64,000 bases of DNA from the NCBI GenBank assembly GCA_038523235.1, contig JBCBJQ010000006.1, forward strand, positions 32,001 to 96,000, read 5' to 3'. Source of the stretch: Cyanobacteria bacterium J06626_4. Its GTDB lineage: Bacteria; Cyanobacteriota; Cyanobacteriia; Phormidesmidales; Phormidesmidaceae. Position 1 is the first letter of the stretch. The number at the start of each line of letters is the position of its first letter. Below are positions 30,354-40,521 of the stretch, piece by piece. Below the pieces are notes generated by a model. That model made no database searches. It was not told the origin of the DNA and saw only the letters and a program-made list of their open reading frames with translations. Made by a program: the position numbers and the translations under genes.

Positions 30354-31328
30354 TCGAACCGGTGGCCCATCGAGCACCGGCAGCCCTCTCAAATTACTAT
30401 TCGCCTCTAAAATTATCTGGTTGTTTCGGTCGTAGTTGTCAACCACAAAATCCCATCGGCCCGCATTGGCGAGAGGGTCGGCGCTGATGTCGATGACATC
30501 AGCGCCTGTGTTGAGATCACCACCGTTGTTCCAAACGGCATCACCACTGGTGGTACCGGCGATGGCCGCACCTGTGGGCGACGTATAAGAGACAGTAACG
30601 TTCGTATCAAACTGGTTATCTAAATCAAAGTTGCGGAGCTGCAGCTCAGTCGCATCAGGGCCAACAATGAAAAACAAACGAAGCCGCGTCTCTGCATCTG
30701 TGCCATTGAACTGAAAGCTACCCTGGAGTTGGCCAATCAACAGGTCATCAACGGGCACAACGATATCGAAAGAGTTGTCGTCGTTGTTGAGATCAAGCGT
30801 GTTGTCACCCAAGATCGGGATGCCCCCCGTTTCACTCGTCACCGTATAGGTGCCGGGTTGGGAAATACCAGTAAAGGTGAAATTACTCCCATTAGGTGAA
30901 CCCGTCGGAAAATCAGCCGTTTGGATAATATTGCCCGCCGGGTCAAGCAAGCGGAACCGAGTGGGGTCCTCAAGGCCATTCACCTCGTCAGGCACAGCAT
31001 TGCTCTCACCATCTTCAATGGTAATAGCCACATTGCCCCCAGCCGCATCGATATCAGCTTGACTGATATCGACAAAAATGCGGTGTACTGGATCGGTGCT
31101 CGCCGTTGTCGTGTTGGTGTACCAGTCGCCAATTGTAATGGCTCGCAAGGGAGCACTGGTTTGAAAGTCTAGACCAGGGACGGCAGGTAATCGGGTTTGG
31201 GCGATCGCGCTAGCCGTCGTCGCCAGGGTGGCTATGGTGGCGAGACTCAACGTGCTAGCCAGACGACTAAGGGCAAATAGGTTGACGGATGAGAAAGGAG
31301 GAGGGACAGAAAACACAGCTTTTTTCAT
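28305..31328 (-). CDS. Secreted adhesin-like protein with DUF11 (CnaB-like) stalk, paralog B
   Basis: Signal peptide ending AIA-Q; repeats PSIGxxK...Y/FxxxVxNTG...LxNVQxxEDL; Ca-binding-like DxDGDG loops. Confidence 0.82.
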   Translation of the reverse strand: MKKAVFSVPPPFSSVNLFALSRLASTLSLATIATLATTASAIAQTRLPAVPGLDFQTSAPLRAITIGDWYTNTTTASTDPVHRIFVDISQADIDAAGGNVAITIEDGESNAVPDEVNGLEDPTRFRLLDPAGNIIQTADFPTGSPNGSNFTFTGISQPGTYTVTSETGGIPILGDNTLDLNNDDNSFDIVVPVDDLLIGQLQGSFQFNGTDAETRLRLFFIVGPDATELQLRNFDLDNQFDTNVTVSYTSPTGAAIAGTTSGDAVWNNGGDLNTGADVIDISADPLANAGRWDFVVDNYDRNNQIILEANSNLRGLPVLDGPPVRAGNFTIVEDTTLTTTIGSEVCHPFTVTNNFFTNDIVNLVATGTAANVVAQLRDVNGNPLTDSDGDGVVDTGVLLPGQSVTFFLCVTPQAGAPPVDVTTITGTSFVDARVRQQAVNEGVPGATLTPTTQSVVKRTLIPAPSIGLAKTNSALRPVAGSPGLFDVDLTFVVRNTGNTPLANVQIAEDLQEVFVDNPTVNGAPSDGADAIVSVTLTNPITFTGSGTAPTFNGAYDGNTDVGLFSTGSNFNPGDTAIITITTRLDLSSDNSVDIDNSAIATGTPPGVGPVTDVSQAGSDVDPDGDGDPTNNNTSNRIRIPSIGVAKSVSPATLIGGTTYEFTYTITVVNTGTIALDNVQLTEDLQAVLITNAFNRADSFTVQNVAVSFPAGTPAIAPVANPVYNGVSVTTLFDATSANQFAPGESATVVVTVQADLGATGAGPSVDGLNDGILEAQNLAAASGTPLGGGDPVTDVSQDGNNVDPDNDGNPNNNNTPTTLFVNTGPNLVVVKRISNVFRQGAPVAVTGLTQFNDQAGFVDDNALNSALGGGNALPGIVALPAGFALQPDDEVEYTIYFWNNGGSTVNQVQVCDELQPPSVLNTAAGLQLSSVRPLSPPLFFGGGSQVQGRSPGAPLESSCLSAPGSFPLGPPGPTGGLGVGAGGGVVAGAFDVPANQFGAIRFRVRLP

Positions 31329-31579
31329 GAGCAAGGAAAACTCAAAACGAAAACAGCGATCGCGCAAGGGCAATCCTTATTTAGCTAGTGAACTCATCGT
31401 GAGCACTGACAACACACCCGGCTTATTTCAGCAGATTTACGAAATAGCCTGACGGCTGATCAATCCTCGGTGATGGGACTTCCTGTACAACTCAAAAATA
31501 CTGAGAGGTTAGAGACTAAACCTCGATACACAGCTACGGATGGCAGTTGGCTGATTGCCATCCACAGCGATCCTTCCAC

Positions 31580-33628
31580 TTAAGGTAGGCGAACGCGGAA
31601 GCGAATCGCCCCAAACTGATTGGGCGGTACATCAAAGGCACCCGCCACCACGCCACCGCCAGCACCAACTCCTAAACCACCCGTGGGGCCGGGTGGCCCC
31701 AGCGGAAAGCTCCCCGGTGCCGAGATGCAGGAACTGTCTAACGGTGCACCCGGCGATTGCCCCTGCACCTGCGACCCGCCGCCGAAGAATAGCGGTGGCG
31801 AGAGCGGCCTAACCGATGAGAGCTGGAGCCCCGCTGCGGTATTGAGTACGCTAGGCGGCTGCAGCTCATCACAAAGTCGCACTTGGCTCACAGCACTGCC
31901 GCCGTTGTTCCAGAAGTAAATGGTGTATTCCACTTCGTCATCGGGCTCAAGGGTAAACCCAGCCGGTAAGACAAACACCCCTGATAGAGAGTTGCCGCCC
32001 CCCAGAGCCGAGTTCAGCGCATTGTCATCGATAAACCCAGCTTGGTCGTTAAATTGAGTGAGCCCAGTAACCGCCACTGGTGCTCCCTGCCGGAAAACAT
32101 TGCTGATCCGTTTGACCACGACGAGGTTGGGGCCGGTGTTGACAAACAACGTCGTCGGCGTGTTGTTGTTGTTCGGGTTGCCATCGTTGTCAGGGTCAAC
32201 ATTGTTGCCATCTTGAGAGGCATCCGTCACCGGATCACCCCCGCCAAGGGGCGTGCCGCTGGCTTCAGCGACGTTTTGCGCTTCCAAGATGCCGTCATTG
32301 AGACCGTTAACCGATGGCCCTGCCCCCGTTGCGCCCAAGTCAGCCTGCACCGTCACGACGACTGTGGCTGATTCTCCTGGGGCAAATTGATTCGCACTGG
32401 TGGCATCAAATAGCGTTGTGACCGATACCCCGTTGTAGGTAGGATTAGCGACCGGTGCGATGGTGGGTGTTCCCGCCGGGAAGCTGACCGCCACATTTTG
32501 GACGGTAAAACTATCGGCGCGGTTGAAGGCGTTCGTAATCAACGCTGCCTGCAAATCTTCCGTGAGTTGTACGTTGTCTAAAGTGATGGTACCAGTATTG
32601 ACGACAGTGATGGTGTAAGCAAACTCATAGGTCGTCCCCCCAATCAGCGTGGCTGGACTGACTGATTTAGACACGCCAATACTGGGAATGCGAATGCGAT
32701 TCGGCACATTGTTGTTCGTCGGGTCGCCATCGTTGTCGGGGTCAACATCACTACCGGCTTGAGACACATCCGTCACCGTACCGCCGCCCGGGGGTGACCC
32801 TGTAGCGGTGGCACTGTTGTCAATGTCAACACTGTTATCAGAGGAGAGATCTAAGCGGGTCGTAATCGTGATGGTGGCAGTGTCACCGGGATTGAAGTTG
32901 CTACCGGTGCTAAAGAGGCCAACATCCGTATTGCCGTTGTAGGCCCCGTTGAAGGTCGGGGCCGTGCCAGAGCCGGTAAAGGTGATCGGGTTAGTCAGGG
33001 TGACGCTGACGATGGCATCGGCCCCATCGCTGGGGGCACCATTGACGGTGGGATTGTCAACAAAGACCTCTTGCAGATCTTCGGCAATTTGCACGTTGGC
33101 CAGGGGCGTGTTGCCGGTGTTTCTCACCACAAAGGTGAGATCGACATCAAACAAGCCGGGCGAGCCGGCCACAGGCCGCAGTGCTGAGTTGGTTTTAGCC
33201 AGGCCAATGCTGGGGGCTGGAATCAAGGTGCGCTTGACGACGGACTGCGGCGTCGGGGTCGCAACTGCCCCCGGTACACCATTAGCTACCGCCTGCTGTC
33301 GCACCCGAGCATCCATAAACGAGGTGCCGGTGATGGTGGTGACATCGACCGACGGAGCTCCGGCTTGGGGGGTGACGCACAAAAAGAAGGTGACCGATTG
33401 CCCAGGTTCTAAAATGCCCGTATCGACAGCACCATCACCATCGCTATCGGTCAGGGGATTGCCGTTGACATCTCTCAGCTGCGCCACTACGTTAGCGGCA
33501 GTACCAGTAGCAGCGAGGTTAACGATGTCGGTGGTGAAAAAGTTGTTGGTCACCGTGAAGGGGTGACAGACCTCGCTGCCAATGGTGGTGGTCAACGTCG
33601 TGTCTTGCGTAATTGTGAAGTTACCGGC
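31580..33628. repeat. Copy 2 of the roughly 2.05 kb direct repeat
   Basis: Matches 28305-30353 at a 3275-nt offset. Confidence 0.9.
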
Positions 33629-34693
33629 TTGAACGGGTTGCTGATCAAATAGCGGGAGTGGGCCATCTTCGCTGTTGGCTTCAACAATGGTTTGATTATT
33701 ATCCGTAAAATTGTCAATGTTGTAAGTCCATAAACCGGCATCGGCTGTTCCAGTCTGATCAACATCGACTACGTCGGCCCCGACGTTGAGGTTGCCCCCT
33801 CCATTCCAAACCCCGTTGGCACTAGCAGTGCCGGGGCTTACTGCGCCAGTCGGCGCTTCGTAGGAAACAGTGCCGCCACCATCAAGGTCAAAATTACGCA
33901 GAAATAGCTGATCAGTCGCTGGCCCAACCAAGAAAAACAGCTCTAAATTGATATCCATTCCTTCGTTCTGTTGCAGAGAGCCGATTTGCTGACCAATCAA
34001 GAGGTTGTCAATAGGAACAGAAATACGAAATGAATTGTCGTCATTATTGGTTTCAAAAGTCGTATCAGTGCGACCAGACAGATAAAAGCTGCCCGTTTCG
34101 CTTCTTACCTGATAATTGCCTGGGGCATTAATCGCCGGAAAACTAAACGTAGACCCTGGCGTTGTCGCAATTGTGCCTGGGCCATTATTAAACTCCTGAG
34201 ATTGAATGAGTATTCCATTCGGGTCAAATAAGGTAAAACGAGTTGGATCCGTAGTGTCATTGATCTCATCAGTAGCCGGATTATCCGATCCCGGATCTTG
34301 GATGCTAATCACGATTGGGCCATTAGCCAGGTCGGCCTCTGTGATACTAATAAAAAAAGTATGAAATCCAGGCGCACCCACCGTATCTGCGGTACCCCCC
34401 AAAGCCGTTCCACATGACCCGGTGGCATTATTTCCGGCACCGAGGGTCGTATACCAGTCACCAATGTTGGCACAACGACGGGCACCACTCGTTTGAAATC
34501 TCAGATCCAGAGCAGGATCAGGCAAAACAGTATTTTGAGCATTGGCTGGAGCGCCTGACAGGATGGCTAAAAAGATTGTCAATGCGCCGAGTTCACGTTT
34601 GCCCAAGCGATCAGAGGCAAGCGATTTCACGCTTTGCGGAAGTCGATCATTGCAAGTCAGCAGCAAGTTACGCATCAGGGCAAACATTGGCAA
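31580..34693 (-). CDS. Secreted adhesin-like protein with DUF11 (CnaB-like) stalk, paralog A (start uncertain)
   Basis: Signal ending ANA-Q; C-terminal ~680 aa nearly identical to paralog B, head diverged. Confidence 0.82.
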   Translation of the reverse strand: MPMFALMRNLLLTCNDRLPQSVKSLASDRLGKRELGALTIFLAILSGAPANAQNTVLPDPALDLRFQTSGARRCANIGDWYTTLGAGNNATGSCGTALGGTADTVGAPGFHTFFISITEADLANGPIVISIQDPGSDNPATDEINDTTDPTRFTLFDPNGILIQSQEFNNGPGTIATTPGSTFSFPAINAPGNYQVRSETGSFYLSGRTDTTFETNNDDNSFRISVPIDNLLIGQQIGSLQQNEGMDINLELFFLVGPATDQLFLRNFDLDGGGTVSYEAPTGAVSPGTASANGVWNGGGNLNVGADVVDVDQTGTADAGLWTYNIDNFTDNNQTIVEANSEDGPLPLFDQQPVQAGNFTITQDTTLTTTIGSEVCHPFTVTNNFFTTDIVNLAATGTAANVVAQLRDVNGNPLTDSDGDGAVDTGILEPGQSVTFFLCVTPQAGAPSVDVTTITGTSFMDARVRQQAVANGVPGAVATPTPQSVVKRTLIPAPSIGLAKTNSALRPVAGSPGLFDVDLTFVVRNTGNTPLANVQIAEDLQEVFVDNPTVNGAPSDGADAIVSVTLTNPITFTGSGTAPTFNGAYNGNTDVGLFSTGSNFNPGDTATITITTRLDLSSDNSVDIDNSATATGSPPGGGTVTDVSQAGSDVDPDNDGDPTNNNVPNRIRIPSIGVSKSVSPATLIGGTTYEFAYTITVVNTGTITLDNVQLTEDLQAALITNAFNRADSFTVQNVAVSFPAGTPTIAPVANPTYNGVSVTTLFDATSANQFAPGESATVVVTVQADLGATGAGPSVNGLNDGILEAQNVAEASGTPLGGGDPVTDASQDGNNVDPDNDGNPNNNNTPTTLFVNTGPNLVVVKRISNVFRQGAPVAVTGLTQFNDQAGFIDDNALNSALGGGNSLSGVFVLPAGFTLEPDDEVEYTIYFWNNGGSAVSQVRLCDELQPPSVLNTAAGLQLSSVRPLSPPLFFGGGSQVQGQSPGAPLDSSCISAPGSFPLGPPGPTGGLGVGAGGGVVAGAFDVPPNQFGAIRFRVRLP

Positions 34694-34747
34694 AGTTTTA
34701 AAACTCGTGGATTAAGACAACAATCAAGTGACAGAAATGAGCCAGGA

Positions 34748-36805
34748 TTACTCGATTTGCAGATCGGTTTCGACAGCTTCAAAGATGATCTCGACGCCTT
34801 GGGTATCGCTAAACTCAAACTCAACGCGGCGATCGCGGGCGTAATCTAACCGGGTGCTGCCGGTGGTGCGGCGCTGAGTTTCCCCCAAGGGGGTAATGCG
34901 CATGCGCTCGGGGGCGACGCCCTGTCGCACCAAATAGTCGCGAGCTGCCAAGGCGCGGCGCTCACTCAGGGCCTGGTTGTAGGCGTCACTGGCGCGGGGG
35001 TCGGTGTGGCCCCGCAGCTCGACCACGAGCGAGGGGTAGGTGATCATCGCCGCCGCGATTTGGTCGAGAATCTCGGCACTGGCCGCACTGATATTCGACT
35101 GATCGAGGGCAAAGTGCACGTTGCGCGGTACTCGCAAGCGAATCGGCTCAGGCGGTGGCTCTGGTGGTGGCGGCTCCACGGCCACCGGCGGAAAGCAGGT
35201 GGCATCGTAGGGAGCAGGCGTGGCTGAGGGGGCGGGTACTTGGCCATCAGCCCCAACCACGCTAATTACCGGTGAGGGTTCGGAGGTGCCATAGAGCGGA
35301 TCGGAGGCGATCGCGCTGACCCAATCACTCGCCCCAGTTTCCCAGGTAAAGGCAAAGTTGCCTTCATCATCAGCGGTGGTCGTCATCAGCGGTTCGCTGA
35401 GGGGACTGTAGACACCGGTATGATCTTTGACGCGATACAGATCGACGCTGCTGCCGGGGTCGGCAGAGCCGGTAAGGGTTAAGGAACCGCCCTCGTCAGT
35501 AAAGGTATAGGTCGTGAATTCAGGTGCATTAATTGCCCCATTGGCCGTATCGGTGCGGCGATGGTGGGAGTTTCGCGGCGGGTTGGGGCCATCGGCTCGT
35601 TGAAAGTTAACGACGGTATCGCGGCGGGCGGCCAGGTCAATACTGAGGCCGTCGAGCTGCGTAAACTCGTTGTCGCGAATCAGGTTGCGATCGCTGAGGG
35701 GATAGGCCGCGACTGCGACCCCCGCGCCCGGCTGATAGCCGATCGTGTTGCCCAGCAGCTGATGCCCGCGCCCCATGACATACACGGCAGGCCGCTCAAA
35801 GCGACGACCGTTAAAGATCACCTCATTGTCTTGAATGACGGTGCTGCCCTCAGGCTTAAAGAGAAAGATGCCACTGCCGTCGTTGGCACAGACCAGATTA
35901 TTGGTGATGGCAGCACCCTCTAAATCCCCTTCTAACCGCACGCCATCCGGCATGCCCGCGACGCCGTTGGCAATAATCGCATTGCCGGTGAGCTGCAGTC
36001 CAGCCGCCCGAAACCCGGTGAGCACGCCGCTGCCCTCATGGTGCTGAATGAAATTATCGGCCACCCGCACGTCAACCCCGTTGAACACGACGACGCCAAA
36101 GGCCGATCGCTGATCGGGAATCGACTCATCGGGGCGGAACCCCAACCAGTTTTTCTCAATCACGGCTTGTTGGGTGGCCTGGGTGGGGTCATCGAGGACA
36201 AAGGTCTCAACCGCCGGGGCATCGGGGCTGGAATCGGCTGGCGGCGGCGCATTGGCGATAAAAATATCGGCGGCGGGAGTGGTCAAGGTCGCCCGCGCCG
36301 CTGACCAAAAGCCGTAGAGGTTGAGGCCACGCACGGTGATGTTATCGCCGGCCACGGTAAGCCCGCGAAATACTTCGCTGCCGGGGGCGGGAGTGAGACT
36401 CACCACCGGTCGCGGAATCTCGGGCAGATAGGGCAGCGCTTCGCCATAGCCTGGTTGCGTGGTGCCGTCGATGGTTAAACCGGTGGCCACCAAGGGCGGC
36501 AGCAAACCAGTGAGCACAATAGTGGTGTCATCAGCGGGCAGATCAAAGGCAATACGGCTCTCGGCTGCTGGTGTGACTTGGGCCTGCTCCAGTGCTGAGA
36601 GCGCAGTGACGGGCAGAGTGCCGTTGGCGATCGCGATCGCCTCACGCAGGGTCAGCGCATCATCGGCGATCGGCGCGCCGTCAGCGGCACTATTGACGGT
36701 AATGTCAAAGCCCGTTGGGGGCGGGGTTGAGTCTTGCGCTTGGGTGGCCAGCGCCACCAGACTCAGACTCGGGCTCAGAGCAAGAACGGTCCACAGGGTT
36801 TTCAT
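34748..36805 (-). CDS. Beta-helix + C-terminal OmpA peptidoglycan-binding domain protein
   Basis: Signal peptide; TLREAI and parallel beta-helix I..N.I..N repeats; VHFALD, GHTD, YNQALSERRA, RRVEF. Confidence 0.88.
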   Translation of the reverse strand: MKTLWTVLALSPSLSLVALATQAQDSTPPPTGFDITVNSAADGAPIADDALTLREAIAIANGTLPVTALSALEQAQVTPAAESRIAFDLPADDTTIVLTGLLPPLVATGLTIDGTTQPGYGEALPYLPEIPRPVVSLTPAPGSEVFRGLTVAGDNITVRGLNLYGFWSAARATLTTPAADIFIANAPPPADSSPDAPAVETFVLDDPTQATQQAVIEKNWLGFRPDESIPDQRSAFGVVVFNGVDVRVADNFIQHHEGSGVLTGFRAAGLQLTGNAIIANGVAGMPDGVRLEGDLEGAAITNNLVCANDGSGIFLFKPEGSTVIQDNEVIFNGRRFERPAVYVMGRGHQLLGNTIGYQPGAGVAVAAYPLSDRNLIRDNEFTQLDGLSIDLAARRDTVVNFQRADGPNPPRNSHHRRTDTANGAINAPEFTTYTFTDEGGSLTLTGSADPGSSVDLYRVKDHTGVYSPLSEPLMTTTADDEGNFAFTWETGASDWVSAIASDPLYGTSEPSPVISVVGADGQVPAPSATPAPYDATCFPPVAVEPPPPEPPPEPIRLRVPRNVHFALDQSNISAASAEILDQIAAAMITYPSLVVELRGHTDPRASDAYNQALSERRALAARDYLVRQGVAPERMRITPLGETQRRTTGSTRLDYARDRRVEFEFSDTQGVEIIFEAVETDLQIE

Positions 36806-39800
36806 TAGATATCTCCAGCGCTCGGTGCATCGGTGACATCAGCGGGGGATGCCGTCAAGTCATCAGCCGGCGAGGCGTCAGTCGGCGGCTCGTCCGCCGC
36901 TGACTCAGTCGTCGTTTGGTCAGTTATCGTCGAATCATCAGCCGTTGTTTGGTCAACCGTGTCATCGTCAGCGGCCGTCCCTGCTTCGGGGGCTAATCCT
37001 GCTGTCGGGGTGGCCTCATCTCCCGGCGTGGTGGCCGTATCGACATAGGATTCTTCTTGCTGAGCGGGGCTGACCGGCTGCTGCAGGCCAAAGTCATTCA
37101 GCAGCTCATTCACCTTGAGCTGAATGCCCAGATAGGGGCCGCTGGCTGAGCGATAACCGCCACCAAAGCCGTCATTGTCAACGCTGCCAAAGCTGTAGCC
37201 CACCCCGACCCGCAGGTCAGGCGTCAAATAGTAGCCCAGCTCCAGGGAGGTGCCGACTTCATTGAAACTGGCTTCTGGCTGGGTGATATAGCGTACCTCG
37301 CCCAAAATATCCCAGCGATAGGCAAACTGATAGGCAGTGCGGAACTGCATCAGGTGAATCGAGTTCGAGAACCCGAAATCTTCCGCCAGCGTCGCATCGC
37401 TAATCCGAAAGGCGTATTTGCCGTAAAACTCCCACTGCCAGTTGGGCGCATAAATCGCTTCCAAAGCGAGGGTGTGATCCGAGGAGCTAATGCCGCTATC
37501 AATCAGCAGCGTATCGGGCGTCGTCGATGGGTTACGCCGGTATTCGTAGCTCATCAGCGCGTTCCACTGGTCGCTGATCGGGTTGCGATAGGCCATGCCC
37601 AGCTTCAAGTCGATCGAGTTGCCCAGATTGCCGGTAATTCGCTGGTTCGCAAAGTTAGCCTGCTGATAGCGAAACAGCGTGGTCAGGGAATTCGTGATCT
37701 TGCCGGCCGCTGCCGCCGTGAGGACAGTGTTGCTGCCCACCGATGAGTTCCGATGCTCAATCCGCGCACTGGCTTGAAAGTCAGGATTCGCCGTATATTC
37801 CAAGCCGACGGAGTAGGAGGTGCCGCCGATAATGCCCAGGGCGCTGGCTCCTGCCCCGACAGCAAAGGGCTGTTCAAACTGATCACCCGCTCCCGTTTCA
37901 TTGAAGGAATCGTCAATCACGTGCTCAATGCCCACGGTGGCTCGCAAGCCGGGGGCCAACACAATGCGGTGATTCAGCCCCAGAGCGGCCTGACCAATTA
38001 ACCCGCCGTAGCCGCCAATGAGAGAGTAGCGACTGCGCAGCGAGGTGTTTTCGCCCAATTCATAATCCACCAGGGTGTCCAGACTGGTGATGTTGCGCAG
38101 TTCGTCGCCGCCGATAAACTGCTGCGACAGGCGCATGGTGACGCCTGGCTGCACGGCCCAGTCCAGCGCTAGGGTAGTGCGATCGGGATACAGGGTGTCA
38201 CTATCACCGCCCACATTGATTTCGCTCTGGGCGCGGAAGCTGAGGTCAGGCGAGATGGGAATCGCCAGCTGCGGCACAAACTGCTGAGAGTTGGTCGTTT
38301 CATTGTCGAGGCGATCGCGGCGGTTGCGGCTGACATAATCAAGCCCAATATTCACAGTGCCGATTTCCTGCCAGACACCGGCGCGATAGGTGGTTAGGGT
38401 ATTGTCTACCCGCTCACCTGGCTCCGAAAACTGGCCCGGATTAAAGAGGTCTACCGCGTCCGTCGTCACCTCCGGCGCACGGCCGCGATTAATCTCTTGA
38501 TCAAACTGGGCGTTAAGGCGGGTCGTCGGCCCAACTTGGGCATTGACCCCAGCCCCCCAACGCGTTTGACCGGGGCGAAAGCTCGTCGTCGCCGTGTTGG
38601 CAAACCCACTATCGGCGCTGCGCAGATAGGCGCGCCCCTGCACGGTGGGCGCAAACAACGCCCCTTGAGCTTCTAAGCGATAGGCACTGCCGTCAGCGGA
38701 TTCACCAAACCGATCAAAGGAGGACCGGGCATATTCTCCGGTGAAGTAGCCGGTGTCGCCGAGGGGAATCTGCAGGTCGGCGCCGTACAGCGAGAAGTCT
38801 TGGTCACCCTGATCTTCCGATAGCCAGGTGACGCCGGCCCAACCGCCGAGGGTAGGTTGGCCGGCTTTAAAGTTGTACTGCAGCCGCCCCGCATAGAGAT
38901 TGCCATTGCCGCCCCCATCATCCACCTCGTAAGTGGCGACAATCCGACGCACCAGGGTTTTACCGAGGGGGTCAACCGACGTGCGATAAATGGGCTGACG
39001 AAACAGCAGCGTGCCGCGATCGTAATCAATCTCGTAGTCGCTAACCCGATTTAAAGCTTGTCGCTCAATTACCGTGCCAGGACGATTGATTTCTTCGGTC
39101 TCGATAAAGACGTTTTCACTACCGGGCAGGATGACCCGCCGCGAGAGGAAATAGAAGCCACTGGTGCCATCAGGGGCGATCGTATCGCGCTGAAAGGGCC
39201 GCAGATTGTTGGCATACATCGCCGTCAGCTGCAGATTGCCCAGCGTGTAGTTGCCCTTAAAGCCGTGAAGCTGACGCGTGATCGCCGTAAACTCTTGGGA
39301 CGATCGCGCAAACTCCGAAGTTTCGTAATCGCCCCACATGAAGTAATCGACCTCGCCGCCGGGCACCAGCGCATCGCGCTGAAACCGCACAAAGAAGCTA
39401 TCGATTGAGGGCGTTAGATAATCAACCTGAGAACTATCGCCGTAGACCGGGTAGGTATTTTCGCAAAACTGATCATCGCGAAACAGGCGGTTGCCATCAC
39501 AGGTTTCATTCAGGGCGCGGCGGGTATTGAGGGCACCGGTAAACTGCCAATCGCCCAAAGTGCCGGTCGCAAATAGCGCCGCCCCCAAGTCAAACTCCGT
39601 GTCGCCAATGTCGTCAGGGTTGAGAAAGTCCTCAAAGCTGCCCCAAAAGTTGGTGCCGCCTGGCCCAATGCGCAGATCAACAACGCCGGAAACCAATGAA
39701 GGCCGCAGGTTAGTGACAAACTCAACCTGGGTGAAAGTTTCGAAATCAGGGAGCGGCTCCAAGGCGATGGGTTCGTCTTCCCCCAGCACAGCAGCGGCGG

Positions 39801-40521
39801 GCGCAGCAGCCCGAACGCGCACCTGCTGTGCCTCAAGGGTGGACTGCAACACCGCCTCAAACTGACCTTGGCGAGCCAAAACTTGGAACCCGGCGTTGTC
39901 GGTATCGTAGTCAGCCCCCTGAAATTCACCAGCACCGGTGGTTAGCGTCACCACCACATCGCGGGGGATGGGGGTCCCGGCAGCATCAACGATGCGCCCC
40001 TCAAATCGCACCGTCGATCGCTGGTTGGCGGGGATGACGGGACTGGTAAGCGCAGTGAGTTCAATCGTAAATTCCGGCTCGGTGGCCGCTGGGTCCGCCG
40101 CATTAGGCGGGATCGGGGGCACCGGAGTGGGGTTGGACTGAGCCGTTAGCGGCCCGTCTGCCGCCTCTGCTCTCGTTTCGGCAGCGAGCGCCAGATCGGC
40201 GAGCGTGACCGGTCGCAAGTTGCCGGTCAACGCCGGAGAGGGGGCATCAGCCACCGGCAACGGCGAACTATCGGCGGTCAGCAGGGATGAAGCCCCCACG
40301 GCTGACTCAGACATGGCATCGGGGGTTGAAGCCAGTGCCCGAGGGATTGTCTCGGCGGCCTCAGGAGCTGTGGTTGATTTGGGCTCCGCCTTACGCCTCG
40401 GACGAGTCGCGGCATCAGTAGGACCTTCGTCAGTCGATTGGGCGTTCGCGACGCCCAACATATCCGTGGCGATCGCGCTGATCATTAGCCAGCCAATCAT
40501 GGCAATGAGGGTTTTCATCAC
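36805..40521 (-). CDS. Large predicted outer-membrane beta-barrel protein with N-terminal Ig-like region
   Basis: Signal peptide; YPVYGDSS; long run of alternating amphipathic strands ending VGYSFG...GPYLGIQLK; acidic tail. Confidence 0.75.
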   Translation of the reverse strand: MMKTLIAMIGWLMISAIATDMLGVANAQSTDEGPTDAATRPRRKAEPKSTTAPEAAETIPRALASTPDAMSESAVGASSLLTADSSPLPVADAPSPALTGNLRPVTLADLALAAETRAEAADGPLTAQSNPTPVPPIPPNAADPAATEPEFTIELTALTSPVIPANQRSTVRFEGRIVDAAGTPIPRDVVVTLTTGAGEFQGADYDTDNAGFQVLARQGQFEAVLQSTLEAQQVRVRAAAPAAAVLGEDEPIALEPLPDFETFTQVEFVTNLRPSLVSGVVDLRIGPGGTNFWGSFEDFLNPDDIGDTEFDLGAALFATGTLGDWQFTGALNTRRALNETCDGNRLFRDDQFCENTYPVYGDSSQVDYLTPSIDSFFVRFQRDALVPGGEVDYFMWGDYETSEFARSSQEFTAITRQLHGFKGNYTLGNLQLTAMYANNLRPFQRDTIAPDGTSGFYFLSRRVILPGSENVFIETEEINRPGTVIERQALNRVSDYEIDYDRGTLLFRQPIYRTSVDPLGKTLVRRIVATYEVDDGGGNGNLYAGRLQYNFKAGQPTLGGWAGVTWLSEDQGDQDFSLYGADLQIPLGDTGYFTGEYARSSFDRFGESADGSAYRLEAQGALFAPTVQGRAYLRSADSGFANTATTSFRPGQTRWGAGVNAQVGPTTRLNAQFDQEINRGRAPEVTTDAVDLFNPGQFSEPGERVDNTLTTYRAGVWQEIGTVNIGLDYVSRNRRDRLDNETTNSQQFVPQLAIPISPDLSFRAQSEINVGGDSDTLYPDRTTLALDWAVQPGVTMRLSQQFIGGDELRNITSLDTLVDYELGENTSLRSRYSLIGGYGGLIGQAALGLNHRIVLAPGLRATVGIEHVIDDSFNETGAGDQFEQPFAVGAGASALGIIGGTSYSVGLEYTANPDFQASARIEHRNSSVGSNTVLTAAAAGKITNSLTTLFRYQQANFANQRITGNLGNSIDLKLGMAYRNPISDQWNALMSYEYRRNPSTTPDTLLIDSGISSSDHTLALEAIYAPNWQWEFYGKYAFRISDATLAEDFGFSNSIHLMQFRTAYQFAYRWDILGEVRYITQPEASFNEVGTSLELGYYLTPDLRVGVGYSFGSVDNDGFGGGYRSASGPYLGIQLKVNELLNDFGLQQPVSPAQQEESYVDTATTPGDEATPTAGLAPEAGTAADDDTVDQTTADDSTITDQTTTESAADEPPTDASPADDLTASPADVTDAPSAGDI

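Noticed and set aside
29674..33566. Duplicated 205-aa plus-strand ORFs (29674-30291, 32949-33566)
   Set aside because: They are antisense shadows of the duplicated adhesin stalks.
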